This document shows positions 37,601 through 42,534 of a stretch of 42,534 nucleotides of DNA, piece after piece. This DNA is from Intoshia linei (lineage: Eukaryota > Animalia > Orthonectida). Position 1 is the stretch's first letter; the number at the start of each line of letters is the position of its first letter. Under the pieces are notes generated by a model, which was not told where the DNA came from, made no database searches, and saw only the letters and a list, made by a program, of their open reading frames with translations. The stretch spans positions 1-42,534 of the forward strand of contig LWCA01000189.1 of the NCBI GenBank assembly GCA_001642005.1, in the 5' to 3' direction. A program made the translations under genes and the position numbers.

Positions 37601-38236
37601 ATGTAGTACAAATTTTAAACTCTCCACGATCTTATGTTATAAATTATACATTTTGGGGTACATTTGTTTTTTACATCATTTTCTAGATTATGATGGAATG
37701 TGTGGACCCTAGAGCTTTCGGTGAAGAGTGTCACAGTAGAAGTTTTTTATCGATTGATAAGGAAATTTGTTCTGTAGGAAGATGTTTCCTTTTTATGACC
37801 AGTGAAGAAGGCTGCACGGGCGTGGATAGCGTTTCTAATTCTACCACGGGTGGATGTGAAGGTTTAGGAGAGAGTGGTATTTGTTAAGTAAATATTAATA
37901 AATGAATGTAAAAATGTTATTCTAATGTAGATTACTGAAACCAAGAAAATTAATGAACCTGGAGTTGGTTTTTACAATCGCACGTGTAGACAAGACCCTT
38001 GTTTAATTGGTTCCCAAAATATGCAATGTAAAACTTCAACAACTAGCCAAGAAGCCGTAACATGAAAGTTTTAATTGATTTAATATGTTAATTAGATTTG
38101 CGAAAGATGTTGTATGACAGATAATTGCAACTTTGATTCAATCAGTTCAGCACTAACGACTAGTTTTATTATTCCACCACTATACGGGCTTTTAACTTAT
38201 TGTATTTTGATCATCACCGTGATTCTCATGATATAA
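34605..38236 (+). pseudogene. Decayed cysteine-rich cell-surface protein gene: CxxC (furin-like) repeat exons, Ly6/uPAR domain, hydrophobic GPI-like tail
   Basis: Exon fragments: SSSCNGYWLNGLTCT (~34750), LCNACTNR*YIAGTRCV (~36190), CMPNCLESLDG (~36990), CLSQCNTCIDSKSCLKCINGTM*DKTTLTCK (37173-37268), CGNSCKECLDNNTCLK (~37320), FYNRTCRQDPC..QC (37931-38056), ICERCCMTDNCN..LLTYCILIITVILMI* (38096-38236). Several in-frame stops. Confidence 0.65.
35360..35830 (-). pseudogene. Possible highly degraded hAT transposase relic
   Basis: Stop-interrupted translation SFYWVAITENIQRNW..LKQALSELSIVTVGD loosely resembles the hAT core. Weak, recalled similarity only. Confidence 0.25.
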
Positions 38237-39475
38237 TCTATAATAATTGACGTATTACTACCAAAGCCACCTATCCAAGTCATATACCGACAATATATAC
38301 TGCAATCAAACCCACATATGAAAGTTGTCAAATAAGAATAGTCTAATTTCAAAATTTTTAAATAAAATTGATTTTATTATCTCATTTCATATATATAAAT
38401 TGATGCTTTTAAAATTATCAAAATAAATTGCATTTTAGCTGATTCAGATCTAACAACACAATAATCACTCAAGTCATTATTTCTTATTCATCTGTACCAT
38501 AATGTCTCTATTCAGGAACTGGTCAACTGAGGAACAAACATTTACATATTACCATTTAACGATTGTGTTAAATTTTCAGTTTGACCCTTTTGGAATTTTG
38601 TTTGGACTTTTCCGATCATTAATTTGTGGTAGATTTGAAATTTTTGACTATTCTTAAGTATAAATATGCTGATTCATGTCCAGTAAACATGTTGATAATG
38701 AATCATTAATCAATACAAGTAACAATGAAAGTGATTAATATAATTGATATTAACAGCGTAGTAAACTATACTGAAACCATGAACATTATTTTATTATCAC
38801 TCGCATTTCATTTCAAATAAAATTATTATTAATTGATATTGTAAATTTAAATTGTATCAAAATGCAAACGAGGCAAACTGTTCAGCCAGAGAGGTAATAT
38901 TCTTTAAATTAATGTTTCAAATTAATTATATTCGACTAAAACTCGATGAGGCCCTACAATTTGCATTATTCAATATTTTTGTAATTATTAGAATTGAATT
39001 AACAACTCGTATATTGGGTTCACCAAATATATTTATACATTAGTGGCTCGAAAAGTGACCGCCTCGTATAAATGACTAGTGTCTTTTTTTGCGCTGTGGT
39101 TCCATTCACTATTTTTTTATTTGTTATGCACCTTGCTTTTTTTTTTGAGTTTGGGAACCACTCTTCTATACTAATTAATTGTACTGGACCTATATTTTCA
39201 TTATTGCCCACTGAACAACCTAAATATTCCTGGAACCCTTAGATTCCCAGGGTATCTAAATATCTCGTATGGATGGCCATTATAATTACATTTTTAATAT
39301 ACAAATGGTTCAATGGGAATATCTCAAATGTGGGAGACTGAACTTTTTTTGTGAGTTTTTCGAATCCAACCTACCAAAAATTTTGAAATATGGTGATATC
39401 TAAACACGGTTGAGAATAACTGCTTTATTATTCATATTTTTAAAAAACAGTAAAATCATTAATTTTAGAGGAACT

Positions 39476-41392
39476 ATGAACTGTTCAATTGTAGTTAAAA
39501 ATATTAAAAAATGTATCAGTAAGGTAATAAATCAAAAGAATGTGATTTTAATACATTTTAGGCTGCCATAAAATCATTTTTTAACAAATTCGGAACAATT
39601 CAATACATTGGAAACCTTATACCATCAAAATATCAACTTGATACATATTTATGGTAATTTGTCTTTTTTTGTTTATTTCAGTTGACTGAAGCATTTTGAT
39701 GGTTTTATTAAAATATTTACTAGATTGTCTGTTGTGTATAAAAAAATTAATATTTCAAATTAATATCAATTTAAATAATAATCCTTATAAAAGTGATTAT
39801 TGCTAAAAATCTGTTTGTGTTTGTAATTTATTATGAAAATTGACTCACAAAATCCCAGAACCTTCAAAAACAAATATTCTGAGTGAGCTTTACCCGACGT
39901 AGAAATTATTAAAAATTTAAAACTAAAAAATAACACATTCAAAAAGTTTCAGGGGTGAAGTATAACGGGTTCTAGAATTTTAAAAAGATTACTCTGATAC
40001 AACTCATTTCAGTTGGTCTAGAATAGTGGTTTCCGATTCAAATAGTGTACGGAAAATACGAAAAGTAAATTTTGTGCCGCCGTAGTATCAATTAATAAAG
40101 TAGCTTTGTGGCTGAATTGGGGGAAAGGTTGTGTACCCTTGCTCTAGACTTCGGGATAAATTCCAAACTTCTGGCAACTCTGTAATATTTATTAAAAATG
40201 ATCCTAAATTGATTCAAATTTTGTATATTTTATTTGAATCTTACGAACCCCATACTTATAGTTTTGGACCCAATGGTCCAGAGACTCCAATCGGGAACCA
40301 CTGGTCTAGAATGTATATATTATTTCAAAATAATCTTAATTTTTTCCCATGAATAAATCTCAGAATTTTAATTAAAATTCTATGACTTATTCATCGAATC
40401 TACCCATGTATTATAAGTTTAAATTTAATGGTGACTCAATGGAAGATATTATTTGTATAGATTGTTAAATTTTTTATTTAGTTACATTCATTACTCTGCT
40501 TTATCAGAATGCGAAGAGGCAATACGCAATATGAATAATGTTTCATTTATATGGAATAATTCTTCTCGTCTATATGTAGAGTATAATAAATCAAACATTG
40601 AGGCACCTTGTGATTATACTAAGGTGTCACAGTCTTTTATGGTACTAATACGATTAATATTAGAAAACCTTACTAAAAGAATATAATATGAAGAATAAAT
40701 GCTATGTAGGGTTGGCAAAAATAAATTATTTTATTTGATTCTAGCTTGACTGTTGTACTACGTACAAACAGCAACTAAACCCCACGAAGGTGAACTTATA
40801 AATCTAATAAAATCTTTTTAAAAATTCTATTATTTTTTACTACCTTTCTACAAAGTACTTTTTTGACCGTCAAGGTATCACTTTGTGAGATTAAAATTTT
40901 TTTTGTGTGTACTGGAGATATCTGTATAAGCTGTAATGTTTTTAAATTCTAGAACTATTTTAATTTTTTAAAAAAGGGTAATCTGGGGTTTTCATTGTGA
41001 AAATACACTTTTTGGAGGTTGTGATTTATGATTATGCTTAATATTATAAAAACTATTCCAGAATTTATGTTTTATAAAATTTTAGGACTTATTTCATTTT
41101 TAAAACAAAGGGTAGTTTAGGTTTTGACAATGAAGGTATACGTTTCTGAGGCTGAGATTTACGACAATTTTAATTATTTTAAAACCTGTCTCCGAATTTA
41201 TGTTTTTTAATTGTGAGACTGTTGTTTTTAAATAAACGGTAAGACATAGACATTCAATTTTATATAAGTAAACGATGTATGTAAGTTTATAAAATCAATA
41301 TTTTATGCTAAACATGTAAATAACTAATTATATTTTTTAGGAAAATATCTTTAATAAAAAAACCTACAATGATGTAATTATGAATGGAATCG
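39476..41392 (+). CDS. RRM-domain gene (paralog 2), partial; probably continues beyond the window
   Basis: Exons 39476-39523, ~39562-39652 and 40482-40623 give MNCSIVVKNIKKCISKAAIKSFFNKFGTIQYI..LCYIHYSALSECEEAIRNMN..LYVEY, with the same intron positions and phases as paralog 1. Further small candidate exons lie at ~40664, ~40745 and ~41341. Confidence 0.65.
40024..40303. mobile_element. hAT-type MITE family E (280 bp) in RRM paralog 2 intron
   Basis: TIRs tagtggtttccgatt / aatcgggaaccactg; perfect 8-bp TSD gtctagaa. Confidence 0.9.
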
Positions 41393-41594
41393 GTAATTTT
41401 ACAATTTGCGCTAAGCTAAATAGTTTTATCAAATTGAAAGAACAGCTTGCACGCGGCCAGTACTTCTATAGGTCTCCGATGAATTGATCTAATATTGATT
41501 TTGACATATTAGATATGTATTTTGACTTCTCTACTACGTTTATGTATAATTGTTTTTCAAATGGCAATAATTACCTTTAGATTATTTAGATGTA

Positions 41595-42534
41595 TTAGGT
41601 GATTCACAAAGTTGTTGTTTTTATTGATACAATTGATTAGAAACGCTTTATCACCGATAAGATTTCACATATTTCGAAATATAAAATAATTTTTTAACAA
41701 TCATGTCTACGACCACATCAGATGAGAACGTAATTTATTTAAATCTGCATTTATTCAATGGCTATTTAGACGAATTATTTAAATAATTTTAAAGAACATT
41801 TACGTCATATTTTACTGTATGAGTACTTTAAGGACCTTAGTGCAGTGGTAGCTACCAAAAATATATGTGCTGTGTATGGTAAGGATGTTTTAAATGACAG
41901 AAAATGTCAAAGATGGTTTAAAAGATTTCGAAATAAAAACTACACCCTAATGGATTTCCAACGTTCCGGTAGACCTTTCAAATGTTGATATTAATCATAT
42001 AAAAAGTGAATTGAAAAAATCTCCAATTCAAACATGTCAATCGCTTTCCATTGTTGCCAGCTGTTCAGAAACCAGTGACTGTAATTGTTTGAAACGTTTA
42101 TAAAAAGTAAGTAAGTTTGGAATATGGGTACCCCACTTATTAACGATTCAACATAAATTAAATAGAAAAAACTTATGCCAATTATTACTAGCCAGACAAA
42201 AAATGAACCGTTTTTAGAAATTATTATGACTGGTGATGAAAAATGGATACGATGTGATAATACTAAATTGAAAAAACAATGGCTATCTTTCCAGGAATCA
42301 CCGATATTGACTCCAAAATCAGAATTCCATGGTAAAAAGGTAATGATGAGTATTTGGTGGATATGAAAGGCATACTTTATTATGAATATCTTAAAAACAA
42401 AGAAACCATTAATGCGGAAAAGTATTGCGAACAATTGGATAAATTGACCGATGCAATTTACCGTAAAAGACCTCGAATAATCTCTAAAGGTAATATTATT
42501 TTGTTACACGACAATGCTAGACCTCATACTGCTA
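41595..42534 (+). mobile_element. mariner (Mos1/SETMAR-like) transposon with frameshifted transposase, truncated by window end
   Basis: TA followed by ttaggtgattcacaaagt (mariner-like TIR). Translated pieces: EHLRHILLYEY, QRWFKRFR..RSGRP, WVPHLL, IMTGDEKWI, KVMMSIWW, LLHDNARPHTA. Multiple stops and frameshifts. Confidence 0.93.

Noticed and set aside
36040-37887. Stop-codon reassignment or selenocysteine readthrough in the Cys-rich gene
   Set aside because: Both TAA and TGA interrupt it, alongside frameshifts and Cys-to-Tyr/Ser changes. The conserved genes in the window use standard stops. Decay explains it.
39782-39975. Non-autonomous Helitron (TC...CTAG; similar 5'-like sequence at ~27277)
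   Set aside because: No convincing subterminal hairpin, CTAG is followed by A rather than T, and there is no second full copy in the window.
719-42434. Numerous 60-150 aa antisense or intronic ORFs in the track (e.g. 719-934, 8130-8375, 17235-17432, 33052-33306, 41991-42434)
   Set aside because: They are F/I/L/K-rich shadows of real genes, or chance ORFs in AT-rich introns and MITEs, with no motifs.
1-42534. tRNA, rRNA, snRNA genes, CRISPR arrays or prokaryotic systems
   Set aside because: No cloverleaf, box A/B pair, snRNA consensus or repeat-spacer array was seen. The window is spliceosomal-intron-containing animal DNA.

Overview
Very AT-rich, gene-dense animal genomic DNA. Most introns are ~30-45 nt and a few are 1-3 kb and transposon-filled. 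This style and the very divergent metazoan proteins resemble a genome-reduced invertebrate parasite such as the orthonectid Intoshia (inference only). Left to right, the recognisable genes are HEATR6-like (+), Frizzled 1/2/7 class (-), eIF3b (-), NEMP1/TMEM194 (+), a miniature single-exon centrosomin/CDK5RAP2-like gene (-), CDK11 (+) and SLC38A11 (+). The right quarter is an accessory-looking block: two paralogous RRM genes, the first followed by a Tudor-like segment, flank a decayed gene built from CxxC cysteine-rich repeats, a Ly6/uPAR domain and a GPI-like tail. Mobile DNA includes a full-length frameshifted Tc1 (DD34E), a deleted pogo/Tigger, a mariner running off the right end, hAT transposase relics and at least five hAT MITE families with nnnTAnnn target duplications. 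Exon boundaries were read by eye and homologies come from remembered motifs; no searches were run.
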